A stretch of DNA of 64,000 bases from positions 62,001 to 126,000 of the IMG/VR virus record IMGVR_UViG_3300044712_001255, one strand, 5' to 3'. The position numbers and the translations under genes were made by a program. A model generated the notes under the pieces. It saw nothing but the letters and a program-made list of their open reading frames with translations, ran no database searches and had not been told where the DNA came from. Below, piece by piece: positions 49,272 through 57,794 of the stretch. Every line of letters begins with the position of its first letter. Position 1 is the first letter of the stretch.

Positions 49272-50462
49272 ATGGTCAGGCGTCATCTTGTGTTAGAGGG
49301 CAATGTCGTTGATTTTGCTGCAAAGAAGGCCGCGAGTATTTTGCAAGCATATGCAGAAACTGGCGAGATGCCTTCGTTCGCAAACGCAAAGGAAGTAACA
49401 AACGTTGCCATTGCTCTACAACGAACGCCAGCGTGGGAGTCGCTAAAGCCCATATATTCTCGTATGCATACTGAATGGTTGAAGAACGCTGTTGATAGTG
49501 GGCTGCAATCTATGAAAGATGCTGACAAGAACATCACAAGTGCAGTTCAGCAATTACAACAGCAACACATGGACGCGTCTCGTAAGTTTACGAACATGCC
49601 GCTGCTCCGAGCTTACAACCTTGACTACAAACAAGTCACAGGTATTGAAGTGGCAGCGTACGCAGCACAGGACAACTTGTTTGGGTATTCTGAAACGCCT
49701 ATTGCAACACAAGAGTTTACTCGTAAGTGGTTGATTGACAACATTGATGAGATGCTACAACTAGCAGATCAGTTTGTTGATGACTGGCGTGGAATTATCA
49801 AAATGTATTGGGATAATCCATCAAGAAATGCGTTGAGTGGTCTTAAGGCTGCTGAACGTCTTGCATTTGAAGTAGAACGGCAACGTGACTCGCTCAGAGA
49901 TTTTAAGCGTAAGTTTGCGCAGGTAAGGGAATCACGACGAGCAGACACAAAGTTCGTAAATACTGTTGATCCCGGTGGCGTTGATCAAACGCCCGGCATG
50001 TGTGGTCCCGCTAGCCTAAAGTCAGTGTTTGATCGTTACGGCGTAGAAGTTGAACTTAAAAAGATTGCAAAAGCAGCAAAATCTACGGCAGAACGTGGTA
50101 CGTCACCTGAAAATATGGTCGCCGCAGCACGAAAATTTGGATTTGATGCTTCTGTTGAAGAAGATTCTGATGTAGGTCGTCTTAGAGAATTGCTTGATGA
50201 CGGCGTAACGCCAATCGTTGATTGGTGGAAGGATGACGACGGTCACTACAGTGTGGTCTCAGATATCAATGACTCAGAGATTGAGATTATGGATCCTGAG
50301 ACGGGTGATAAAAAGTGGACCACCCTCGAAGAATTTGAGCCGCTATGGTTTGACTTTGAGGCTGGAGACGCAGACCACAAGAAACCAAAGAATAAGGTGA
50401 TCATCATCGTAAGAGACGGTGGAGACACGCAAGAATTCAAGGCTAACGTTACGTTCGTCTAG
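49272..50462 (+). CDS. Helical N-terminal domain + C-terminal C39-family cysteine peptidase
   Basis: QTPGMCGPASL (catalytic Cys), GTS, HYSVV (His), MDP (Asp); TACTTA motif 5 nt before ATG 49272. Confidence 0.75.
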   Translation: MVRRHLVLEGNVVDFAAKKAASILQAYAETGEMPSFANAKEVTNVAIALQRTPAWESLKPIYSRMHTEWLKNAVDSGLQSMKDADKNITSAVQQLQQQHMDASRKFTNMPLLRAYNLDYKQVTGIEVAAYAAQDNLFGYSETPIATQEFTRKWLIDNIDEMLQLADQFVDDWRGIIKMYWDNPSRNALSGLKAAERLAFEVERQRDSLRDFKRKFAQVRESRRADTKFVNTVDPGGVDQTPGMCGPASLKSVFDRYGVEVELKKIAKAAKSTAERGTSPENMVAAARKFGFDASVEEDSDVGRLRELLDDGVTPIVDWWKDDDGHYSVVSDINDSEIEIMDPETGDKKWTTLEEFEPLWFDFEAGDADHKKPKNKVIIIVRDGGDTQEFKANVTFV

Positions 50463-50483
50463 TGTGTAGATCACGTTCGTGTA

Positions 50484-50498
50484 GGGTACATTGTACCC
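50484..50498 (+). promoter_or_regulatory. -10 box TACATT inside the palindrome GGGTAC-ATT-GTACCC; leaderless pseT
   Basis: -10 box 50487-50492, ATG at 50499. Confidence 0.55.
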
Positions 50499-51455
50499 AT
50501 GAGAACTGTATTAATGTTGATGGGTCTTCCGGCCGCGGGTAAGTCAACCTTTGCTAAGGAGCTCCTGCGTAAGGAGCCGAAGCGTTGGAAGCGAGTCAAT
50601 CGAGATGACTTGCGTATTTTGCTTGATGGCGATAACTTCATCAAGGAAAATGAGGAGTTTGTGCGCAATGCACAGGAAGTCCTTATCAAGGAGGCCTTGC
50701 GTCAGGGGTTCGACGTTGTCGTTGACAACACTCATCTCATCTCATCCACCGTGAACAAGCTTCACAAGCTGCTTGAGTCTATTGGAGACGTGAAGGTCAT
50801 TCACAAGGCATTCAATGTATCGGTTGATGAGTGTATCGCTCGCAATGCAAAGCGAGAGGGACGTGCGAAGGTACCCGATAGCGTAATCTTGGGTATGGCA
50901 AAGGGAGCAGGCCTCAATAAGGGACGCAAGCTTCAGGACAAGGAGTTCTATTACCCGCCGCGCGGTTCCGAAGTCTCAGTTGTCACAAATGATCCAGCGC
51001 TGCCCAAGGCGATCATTTGTGACCTTGACGGAACTCTTGCGATCATGGGAGATCGTTCGCCATACGATGCATCTCAGTGTGATGTCAAGGACCATCCAAA
51101 TTGGCCCGTGATTGAGTGCGTCAAGGCAATGTATCGCAGGGGCGTGCATATCATCTTCATGTCTGGACGTGAAGTAAAGGATCGTGCGCCAACAATGCGA
51201 TTCATTGATCAGTGGGTTCAATGTGAACTGTCAAATCCTGATGGCGCTTCTGACTTGTTTCCAATTTCGTATGAGCTTCACATGCGCCAGACTGGTGATC
51301 AGCGAAAGGACGCAATCATCAAGCGCGAGCTATTCCAGGCTAACGTTGAAGGAAAGTATCATGTGATGTTCATTCTTGATGATCGCAATCAGGTCGTGGA
51401 GAATTGGCGTGCCATGGGACTGACAACTTTTCAGGTCGCAGAGGGAAATTTTTGA
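50499..51455 (+). CDS. pseT: Polynucleotide 5'-kinase / 3'-phosphatase (T4 PseT/Pnkp-like)
   Basis: GLPAAGKST, NRDDLR, VVVDNT; HAD domain CDLDGTL, SGR, MRQTGDQRKD, LDDRNQVV. Confidence 0.92.
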   Translation: MRTVLMLMGLPAAGKSTFAKELLRKEPKRWKRVNRDDLRILLDGDNFIKENEEFVRNAQEVLIKEALRQGFDVVVDNTHLISSTVNKLHKLLESIGDVKVIHKAFNVSVDECIARNAKREGRAKVPDSVILGMAKGAGLNKGRKLQDKEFYYPPRGSEVSVVTNDPALPKAIICDLDGTLAIMGDRSPYDASQCDVKDHPNWPVIECVKAMYRRGVHIIFMSGREVKDRAPTMRFIDQWVQCELSNPDGASDLFPISYELHMRQTGDQRKDAIIKRELFQANVEGKYHVMFILDDRNQVVENWRAMGLTTFQVAEGNF

Positions 51456-51748
51456 TGGAAACGCTAGATGCTGAATATCTCAAGACACTTCATACTCGAG
51501 TACTCCTACCCATCTATCAGAGGGCCCGTGGATACTTGTGGACTCGATGGCACGAAGGTGAGCCATACGATCCCGAAAAGCCCACGTACGTAAACGCACA
51601 GTTCTTTGGGTATGAACCATATGGCGTCATTTCCAATATCACGTTGGAACAGATGCGAGCTGAACTTGCCACTCGAGAACATGTGCCCAACAAGGTAGAG
51701 GCAAAGAAGATCAGGCAAGAAAAGGCAAAGGCAAAAAGGAATCGGTGA
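51455..51748 (+). CDS. Hypothetical protein
   Basis: TGATG coupling; basic C-terminus. Confidence 0.6.
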   Translation: METLDAEYLKTLHTRVLLPIYQRARGYLWTRWHEGEPYDPEKPTYVNAQFFGYEPYGVISNITLEQMRAELATREHVPNKVEAKKIRQEKAKAKRNR

Positions 51749-52053
51749 TGTCAGACATTCGTACTTACAATTATCACAATTGGTCACAGTACATTGTGCT
51801 CAAGCAAGAGCAGGTGCCAAAGTCTAGACATTTTGCCGCTATTTTGTTTGATAAATACACGCCGTGTTCAGGCTATGAAAATGAAGGTTACCAAGCAGAC
51901 CCACGCCCTATGACCGTGTATTTTGCCTTCCCAACGAAGGAGCTATTGTCACAATGGGTCCTAGAGGCTACGCAAGACAAAAAGCAGTTCTTCTTCTTTG
52001 AAGTCCCGAAGATGGGCGAGGTAAAGATCAGCGTCAACCTGGAGATAACGTGA
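51748..52053 (+). CDS. Hypothetical protein
   Basis: TGATG coupling. Confidence 0.6.
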   Translation: MSDIRTYNYHNWSQYIVLKQEQVPKSRHFAAILFDKYTPCSGYENEGYQADPRPMTVYFAFPTKELLSQWVLEATQDKKQFFFFEVPKMGEVKISVNLEIT

Positions 52054-52316
52054 TGAGTGAAAGTAAGAATCGTATCACGATTGAGCGCTACAACCAAGTC
52101 CTGTGGTCTCGGGTGTGCCCAGGATGTGGCGAATATACAGTGATTGATGTCATACGACGTAGTAAATCTGACGCTATGTCGAGAGACTCCAAGTTCTTAG
52201 GTAAGTTCCATTGCTGCGGTGGGCCGAATGGACATAAGTGCTGGCACATGAGTTGTCAGTCAGGTGATAAGCCATTGTATGAAATGTTCGGATCAGAATC
52301 ATTGATCAAGACGTGA
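52053..52316 (+). CDS. Small Cys/His-rich protein, possibly Zn-binding
   Basis: CPGC and HCC..HKCWHMSC; TGATG coupling. Confidence 0.55.
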   Translation: MSESKNRITIERYNQVLWSRVCPGCGEYTVIDVIRRSKSDAMSRDSKFLGKFHCCGGPNGHKCWHMSCQSGDKPLYEMFGSESLIKT

Positions 52317-52338
52317 TGATTGTGTATAAATCATAATC

Positions 52339-52524
52339 ATGACAAAACACACGTGGAGCGCCGAAGAGATCATTGGTTACACGCCGCCAGTACCGCGTCC
52401 GATTGGCACTGGATTCAAGACACCGATAATCAAAGTTGAGTGTCTTGAGTGTGGTAAAGTGGTGGCAGGTGATAAGGGATCTGCTAAGCTTGAAAGCGAC
52501 TTGCTCGAAGAAACATGTGTTTGA
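52339..52524 (+). CDS. Small hypothetical protein
   Basis: 61 aa; CLEC motif. Confidence 0.5.
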   Translation: MTKHTWSAEEIIGYTPPVPRPIGTGFKTPIIKVECLECGKVVAGDKGSAKLESDLLEETCV

Positions 52525-52539
52525 CTGGAATGATGCGCA

Positions 52540-53166
52540 ATGACTAAACGCGATCTGTTGTGTATGCGATGGGAAAAGACGCTCTCTTTGTTCCCGAAAT
52601 ATCCAACAAAATCGTACAAGTTGTTTGATGAAATTGTTGTTGCGTATGAAGACAAGCATCGAGTGTACCATTCGACAGATCACCTGTTGCATGTGTTCGC
52701 AACGCTTGATATGTTCTTTCACGATGAGGAATTCCAACTAGAAATTGAACTTGCGTTGTGGTACCATGATTTTGTGTACGTTATCGGGTCCCAACATAAC
52801 GAAAAGAAATCAGCCAACATTGCTGGTGATAGGTTGTGTGGGTTGCTACCGCATACGTTGCATGTAGAACAGTTCATACTAAAAACGCAGCACGCTTACG
52901 AACCCACGGATAGACCTTCTAAGATTGTAGCTGACGTTGATCTTGCAATTTTGGGTGAATCACCAGAAATTTACGAGCACTACGAGCAGGCAGTTCGCAA
53001 GGAATACGCAATGTTTCACGATTATGCGTACAATCGTGGTCGTCGACAAGTTTTGCTTGACTTCTACAATCGTCCAAAAATCTTTCACACCCAAGAGATG
53101 ATCAATTTTGGGTATGAAGATCGTGCACGCATAAACCTTGCAAGAGTTCTCGGTAAGGCGGCGTAA
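52540..53166 (+). CDS. HD-superfamily phosphohydrolase (COG4339-like)
   Basis: HRVYHSTDH, LWYHDFVY, NE..SA, DVDLAILG..Y..YE..VRKEY..GRRQVL..F..R..IF..AR.NL. Confidence 0.85.
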   Translation: MTKRDLLCMRWEKTLSLFPKYPTKSYKLFDEIVVAYEDKHRVYHSTDHLLHVFATLDMFFHDEEFQLEIELALWYHDFVYVIGSQHNEKKSANIAGDRLCGLLPHTLHVEQFILKTQHAYEPTDRPSKIVADVDLAILGESPEIYEHYEQAVRKEYAMFHDYAYNRGRRQVLLDFYNRPKIFHTQEMINFGYEDRARINLARVLGKAA

Positions 53167-53175
53167 GCCACAAAC

Positions 53176-53254
53176 GGAATGTTAGGCGTAGCAGCCCAAA
53201 GCTGCGCTGGGTCAGCCGTAGTCATTCGGCGCAGTTCAACTCTGCGACATTCCG
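53176..53254 (+). ncRNA. tRNA-like element with a canonical acceptor stem and T-arm but a non-canonical D/anticodon region
   Basis: GGAATGT/ACATTCC 7-bp acceptor (8 bp with the flanking C-G), T8-A9, T-arm CGCAG-TTCAACT-CTGCG stacked on the acceptor, G discriminator then CTA. No canonical anticodon loop or D-loop GG. Confidence 0.55.
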
Positions 53255-53256
53255 CT

Positions 53257-54045
53257 ATGAAAGAGATTAGGAAATACGACCGTACACCACACATTCGTGG
53301 GTCACGTTTCCAAAATGGAGACCACGACATGGAGGCTGTGCCATGGGAGTTTCTACGCGGTAAGAACCTCGTAGTCGAAGAGAAGATCGATGGGTCAAAT
53401 TGCGGTATTTCTTTCGATAATGGGCAACTTCTGCTTCAGTCTCGTGGGCACTATCTGCAGGGAGGCCCACGCGAGAAGCAATTCACTATTCTAAAACAGT
53501 GGGCCAATTCAAAGCAAGAGGAATTGTACTGCGTCGCTGGCGAGCGTTACATCATCTACGGTGAGAACATGTACGCAAAGCACACTGTGTTCTACGATGC
53601 ATTGCCTCACTACTTCATGGAATTCGATGTCTATGATATGCAGGAGGGTGTCTTCTTAAGCACCCAGGCTCGACGACAATTGTTGTCTGCGATCAATGTA
53701 AGTTCAGTGCTCGTGCTCGCTGAGCGAAAATTTGACAAGCTCGATGAGCTACGAGCGCTCATAGGTCGCAGTAACTTCATCACTCCGGCGCGGTTACAAA
53801 ATTTGCGTATGGCGAGTGTGTTGGCAGGAGTAGCATTTGAAGATGCTTTGACGCACACAGACATGAATGAAAATATGGAAGGTCTCTACGTCAAGTGGGA
53901 GGAAGACGGGATCGTTAAGGGCCGTTATAAGTTTGTTCGTGATTCATTTACGAACGCAATTTTAGAGCAGGAGACTCACTGGCACGATCGACCCATCATC
54001 CAGAACATGCTGGTGCCGGGTGCATTTGAGAAGATGTTTGAGTAG
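53257..54045 (+). CDS. ATP-dependent RNA ligase (Rnl2-like nucleotidyltransferase)
   Basis: KY.RTPHI, motif I EEKIDGSN, IIYGEN..AKH, MEFDVYD, EGLYVK, RYKFVR. An in-frame ATG also exists at 53179. Confidence 0.88.
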   Translation: MKEIRKYDRTPHIRGSRFQNGDHDMEAVPWEFLRGKNLVVEEKIDGSNCGISFDNGQLLLQSRGHYLQGGPREKQFTILKQWANSKQEELYCVAGERYIIYGENMYAKHTVFYDALPHYFMEFDVYDMQEGVFLSTQARRQLLSAINVSSVLVLAERKFDKLDELRALIGRSNFITPARLQNLRMASVLAGVAFEDALTHTDMNENMEGLYVKWEEDGIVKGRYKFVRDSFTNAILEQETHWHDRPIIQNMLVPGAFEKMFE

Positions 54046-54051
54046 AATGGA

Positions 54052-54894
54052 ATGACTATGGGAAATTATGCTTGGCTAACTGACATTCACCTTGATGCAA
54101 TCGATGACAATCGATTGATGCGACTCGTTGAAGATATCAAGGCGACTCGTCCTGATGGCGTCATCATCTCTGGCGATGTTTCGAATGCTCGTCAGGTTGT
54201 GTATCACCTCTCTGCTCTCGAAAGAGGCGTTCAGCTTCCGATTTACTTTGTGTTGGGTAATCACGATTACTACGGTGGAAGCATTGAAACTGTGCGTAAG
54301 TCGATGAAGGACCTTGCACGGTTGTCGCCATACCTGAAGTACTTGCCCAATTCTGGGTACGAGATGCTCAATGAATCGACTGCAATTGTTGGACACGATT
54401 GTTGGTATGATGCAAATTGGGGTGATGCAAAGGGATCGTCAATGATCTTAAATGATTGGCACCTCATTCATGAGTACAGACAATTCGCGGGGCCGTCGAT
54501 GTATGGGCGTGGTGATAGTAGACCAAGTCGACAGAAGACGATTGAAATCTCGCAGCAGCTTGCTCGAGAAGGAGTCGTGCACCTGCAGGATTCGATTAAG
54601 AAGGCGATGCGCTACGCTAGGAACGTTGTTGTAGTGAGCCACGTGCCACCCTTCAGGGAGTCACACATCTACAATGGCAAGATTGGAGATAACAACGCTC
54701 ATCCGTGGTTCACTTGCAAGATGCTTGGTGACATGCTGACAGACGCTGCAAAGGCGTTTCCAGATAGAAACATCATTTCGTTGTCTGGACACACTCACGG
54801 TAGGTACCAGGGTAAGTTTGCCAACAACCTAGAGGTATTTGTGGGTGAAGCAGCGTACAGCAACCCCAAGGTGGAGCGCAACTTTCAGCTATGA
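54052..54894 (+). CDS. Calcineurin-like metallophosphoesterase (CpdA/Icc-like)
   Basis: TDIH, SGDVS, LGNHD, SHVPP, SGHTH. Confidence 0.9.
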   Translation: MTMGNYAWLTDIHLDAIDDNRLMRLVEDIKATRPDGVIISGDVSNARQVVYHLSALERGVQLPIYFVLGNHDYYGGSIETVRKSMKDLARLSPYLKYLPNSGYEMLNESTAIVGHDCWYDANWGDAKGSSMILNDWHLIHEYRQFAGPSMYGRGDSRPSRQKTIEISQQLAREGVVHLQDSIKKAMRYARNVVVVSHVPPFRESHIYNGKIGDNNAHPWFTCKMLGDMLTDAAKAFPDRNIISLSGHTHGRYQGKFANNLEVFVGEAAYSNPKVERNFQL

Positions 54895-55658
54895 CAGTCG
54901 TAGAATTCCCTGATGGGTACGCTATTCTTGGTGATGGAACGTCACCAACGACAGTATCTCAAGCCATGGCGTGGGTCGGTGATGGACAGTTCATTGTGCA
55001 CACTGATCCGCCCTATGGTGGCATCTTAAAAGAGGATTGGGATAGGCAGTTTCCTGAAGTTCAGCATGCTGCGTGGATGTTGGATTGGACAGTTCTTTGG
55101 ACAGATCATTTACCCATTGGAGGTACGGCGTACGTGTGGGGAGGCGTAGGAACGTATCGCAATCGACCATTCTTTCGCTACCTGTGTGACGTCGAGTTCA
55201 GAGCGAGCGTGAAGATTCAGAACTTTATCACATGGGGAAAGAAGAGGGGCATCGGGACCGCGTACAATTATCTCTTCACTCGAGAAGAATTGGCCTTCAT
55301 GGTGAAGGGAGGAAAAAACGCCAAGCCCTCCGTGTTCAATGTGCCGCTGCTTGACGAGCTGCGGGGTTACGAGGGATACAATAAGCAGTATCCTGCAAAG
55401 AGCGCTTACAAACGTCGTACAAATGTGTGGACTGACATCACTGAAAAGTTGCGTAACAAGGTGCACGTTGCTGAGAAGCCCGTGTCGCTTTGCAAGGTAC
55501 CCATCGGCGCAAGCACGAATCCTGGACATTGGGTGATCGATCCGTTCGCTGGATCTGGTGCCACGGCGCTAGCTGCAAGAGAACTTGGTCGTCGATTCAT
55601 TGTGGTTGAAAATGATCCTGAAGCGTTCGCAGTGTTGGTGAAGCGACTTGGAAAATGA
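54891..55658 (+). CDS. DNA N6-adenine / N4-cytosine methyltransferase (beta class)
   Basis: DPPY catalytic motif before H..EKP and DPFAGSG SAM motif. Confidence 0.9.
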   Translation: MTVVEFPDGYAILGDGTSPTTVSQAMAWVGDGQFIVHTDPPYGGILKEDWDRQFPEVQHAAWMLDWTVLWTDHLPIGGTAYVWGGVGTYRNRPFFRYLCDVEFRASVKIQNFITWGKKRGIGTAYNYLFTREELAFMVKGGKNAKPSVFNVPLLDELRGYEGYNKQYPAKSAYKRRTNVWTDITEKLRNKVHVAEKPVSLCKVPIGASTNPGHWVIDPFAGSGATALAARELGRRFIVVENDPEAFAVLVKRLGK

Positions 55659-56583
55659 TCAAATGTCAATAGAAGAAGTGAAGTTTCAACATTATGCGTG
55701 GTCTCCCGAACAACGAGATGCGTTGAGGGATATTTTTCGTAATTGTTTGTCTTCTCATGAGGCTAAGACATTGTCAATTGCATTTGAAGCTGGTGGGATG
55801 ATTTGTGGTGGTGCAGCGAGGCGTATAGCTGCATCGCTGTTCAAGATCAATGCACGACCACGCACAAATCATGTTGATTACGTTTCATCATATTTTCGCG
55901 ACGGTCGTCATGACTCTTTCAATAAACCTGGCGATATTGACGTATTCTTCCCAACAGATGAGTCAGTGACGCGATTTTGGCGCAACTTCTCGGTGTCGAG
56001 CATTCCAAGCGTTGCGCATGTCTCTGAATCTGTGTTGGGATATGCACGAAACATTCGCATCAACACAGGTGTGAACATTCAGGTAGTAAAACCTGTGTGT
56101 GGGTCTACTGTTGAACATCAGTTGGCGTCATTTGACATCTACAATGCAATGATTGGGTTGAATGCGCATAAGGCGATCATTCCTGACGAGTGGCATTACC
56201 TTGAACAACATTCAATGTTGCATGTTCACAGATTTCAGACTGATTATCAGCTGAAACGCATCATCAAGTGGATGACGCGGCAACAATACGAGTCGCTTTC
56301 TCCCAAAACGGCGTCAGAAGTTGGCACCTATGCGTTTGAGTTGATGGAACGTATCAAGGAGGCTGATGGTCTTCCAACTCCTTGGAAGGACGTAAAAATT
56401 ACTGTCGATACAGTACGTCATGCGCTTTATCCGTTGCTTACGCACCTCACGAATGACCAGTTACTTTTGTTGTCAACCGTCATGATGACTCGAGATAGCT
56501 ACGGCAATATCGGCGCCAACCCGGCAATGGATATAATTCAGGATCGATCAAAGCAAACAATTTGTAGTGCAAATAGTGACTAA
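55648..56583 (+). CDS. Nucleotidyltransferase-like protein (CCA-adding / poly(A) polymerase head-like)
   Basis: GGAARR, GDIDVFF, IQVV, SFDIYNAM (compare RRDFTINAM), R..KW..R. Confidence 0.5.
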   Translation: MENDQMSIEEVKFQHYAWSPEQRDALRDIFRNCLSSHEAKTLSIAFEAGGMICGGAARRIAASLFKINARPRTNHVDYVSSYFRDGRHDSFNKPGDIDVFFPTDESVTRFWRNFSVSSIPSVAHVSESVLGYARNIRINTGVNIQVVKPVCGSTVEHQLASFDIYNAMIGLNAHKAIIPDEWHYLEQHSMLHVHRFQTDYQLKRIIKWMTRQQYESLSPKTASEVGTYAFELMERIKEADGLPTPWKDVKITVDTVRHALYPLLTHLTNDQLLLLSTVMMTRDSYGNIGANPAMDIIQDRSKQTICSANSD

Positions 56584-56601
56584 GAAAGGTATAGTAACCA
56601 C

Positions 56602-56901
56602 ATGTTGAAGCAAACGCTTGGAAAGCAGCTCACTGAGCAAGAGAAAAGTCAGCAGATCATCGATAACCTTGAGTCTCATCTCAAGGAAGCGAAACGACAG
56701 CTTGCGTATCTTCAGGATCGCGCAAACAGGTATGATGATCTTCGAAATCGTAAGACTTTCTTGAAGAAGAAGTCTGAGCGTCAGTTCAAGATCACTAAGC
56801 GCTTTATCATGGCTGATCGCGCCGCAGCGCAGACGATTCAGTTCATCGATAAGCTCGAGAGTGAGATCAAGTCGGTGAGGGACACTGCCCAGAAAACCTA
56901 G
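56602..56901 (+). CDS. Basic coiled-coil protein
   Basis: 99 aa; TATAGT 6 nt upstream. Confidence 0.65.
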   Translation: MLKQTLGKQLTEQEKSQQIIDNLESHLKEAKRQLAYLQDRANRYDDLRNRKTFLKKKSERQFKITKRFIMADRAAAQTIQFIDKLESEIKSVRDTAQKT

Positions 56902-56984
56902 TGCAACAAGGCTCGAAAAGTAGTAGATATAGAGATGTGGGCCACCGAGTGTGGCCCGACTCGTAGGAGAAAGAGGAAAATCAA

Positions 56985-57515
56985 ATGAAGCGTGCGCTTC
57001 TGCTTAATGCTGACTGGACTCCGATGCACTTTGTTGATGAAGACGAAGCGATATACCTTTTGTACCTCAACAAGGCAGAAATGGTCATTATCACCGATGG
57101 CCAGCAATCAAAGTGGCCAAAGGGTCATGGACTTGCAAATGGCGGAGAGTTCCCAGCAGGTGCTACACTTCGTTTGCTTGAGCACGTGAAGAAGCGTTGG
57201 AAGCCTCCACAGTTTCGTAAGCGTGTCATGTTCAATCGTGACAATTGGCAGTGCCAGTACTGTGGTGCTGCTGTGAATTCGTCTACTGCGACAATTGAAC
57301 ACATTGTTCCTGAATCACGTGGTGGACCAAAGTCTTGGTTGAATTGCGTCACTGCGTGCACACATTGCAACAGGCGCAAGATGAACAGGACTCCTGATGA
57401 GGCAGGTATGACTCTTCGCAGTGTTCCTAAGGTGCCTGCGCCGATCCACTATTGGGACATTCAACGTTCTTCTGAGTGGCATCCCGACTGGGATTATCTG
57501 TTGGGCAAGCAATAG
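56985..57515 (+). CDS. HNH endonuclease (McrA/HNH_5-like)
   Basis: LLLNADWTP N-terminus; RDNWQCQYCG..TIEHIVP.SRGG..W.NCVTAC..CNRRK; GAGGA RBS. Confidence 0.9.
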   Translation: MKRALLLNADWTPMHFVDEDEAIYLLYLNKAEMVIITDGQQSKWPKGHGLANGGEFPAGATLRLLEHVKKRWKPPQFRKRVMFNRDNWQCQYCGAAVNSSTATIEHIVPESRGGPKSWLNCVTACTHCNRRKMNRTPDEAGMTLRSVPKVPAPIHYWDIQRSSEWHPDWDYLLGKQ

Positions 57516-57520
57516 ATAGA

Positions 57521-57751
57521 ATGATGAGGATAAGGGTTGGGCGTTTACGTCAAATCATCAAAGAAGAACTTCAATGTTCTTATAAGGGATTGGGCCAACG
57601 CCAACCCGTCCGCAACGTCTCCGGGCCGTTTTCTAGCTTTCTAGCAGACGATGAATCCCTAGACGACAATGATTCATTATGGATTGAGCCTAAGTCAAAG
57701 GCAAAAATTCGTAGTTGGATGCACGACATGGGCCTTGCTGAAGATGCGTAG
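57521..57751 (+). CDS. Small protein, putative internal head protein (RLRQIIKEE)
   Basis: ATGATG after TAGATA. Confidence 0.6.
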   Translation: MMRIRVGRLRQIIKEELQCSYKGLGQRQPVRNVSGPFSSFLADDESLDDNDSLWIEPKSKAKIRSWMHDMGLAEDA

Positions 57752-57794
57752 CGCACGTAACGTATTGGCTCCATAGATATAGCGAGGAGTTTCC

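Noticed and set aside
53176-53254. Calling the element tRNA-Sec or tRNA-Ser
   Set aside because: TCA and GCT triplets are present but not in a 7-nt loop with U33/R37. There is no proper D-arm, so no anticodon can be assigned.
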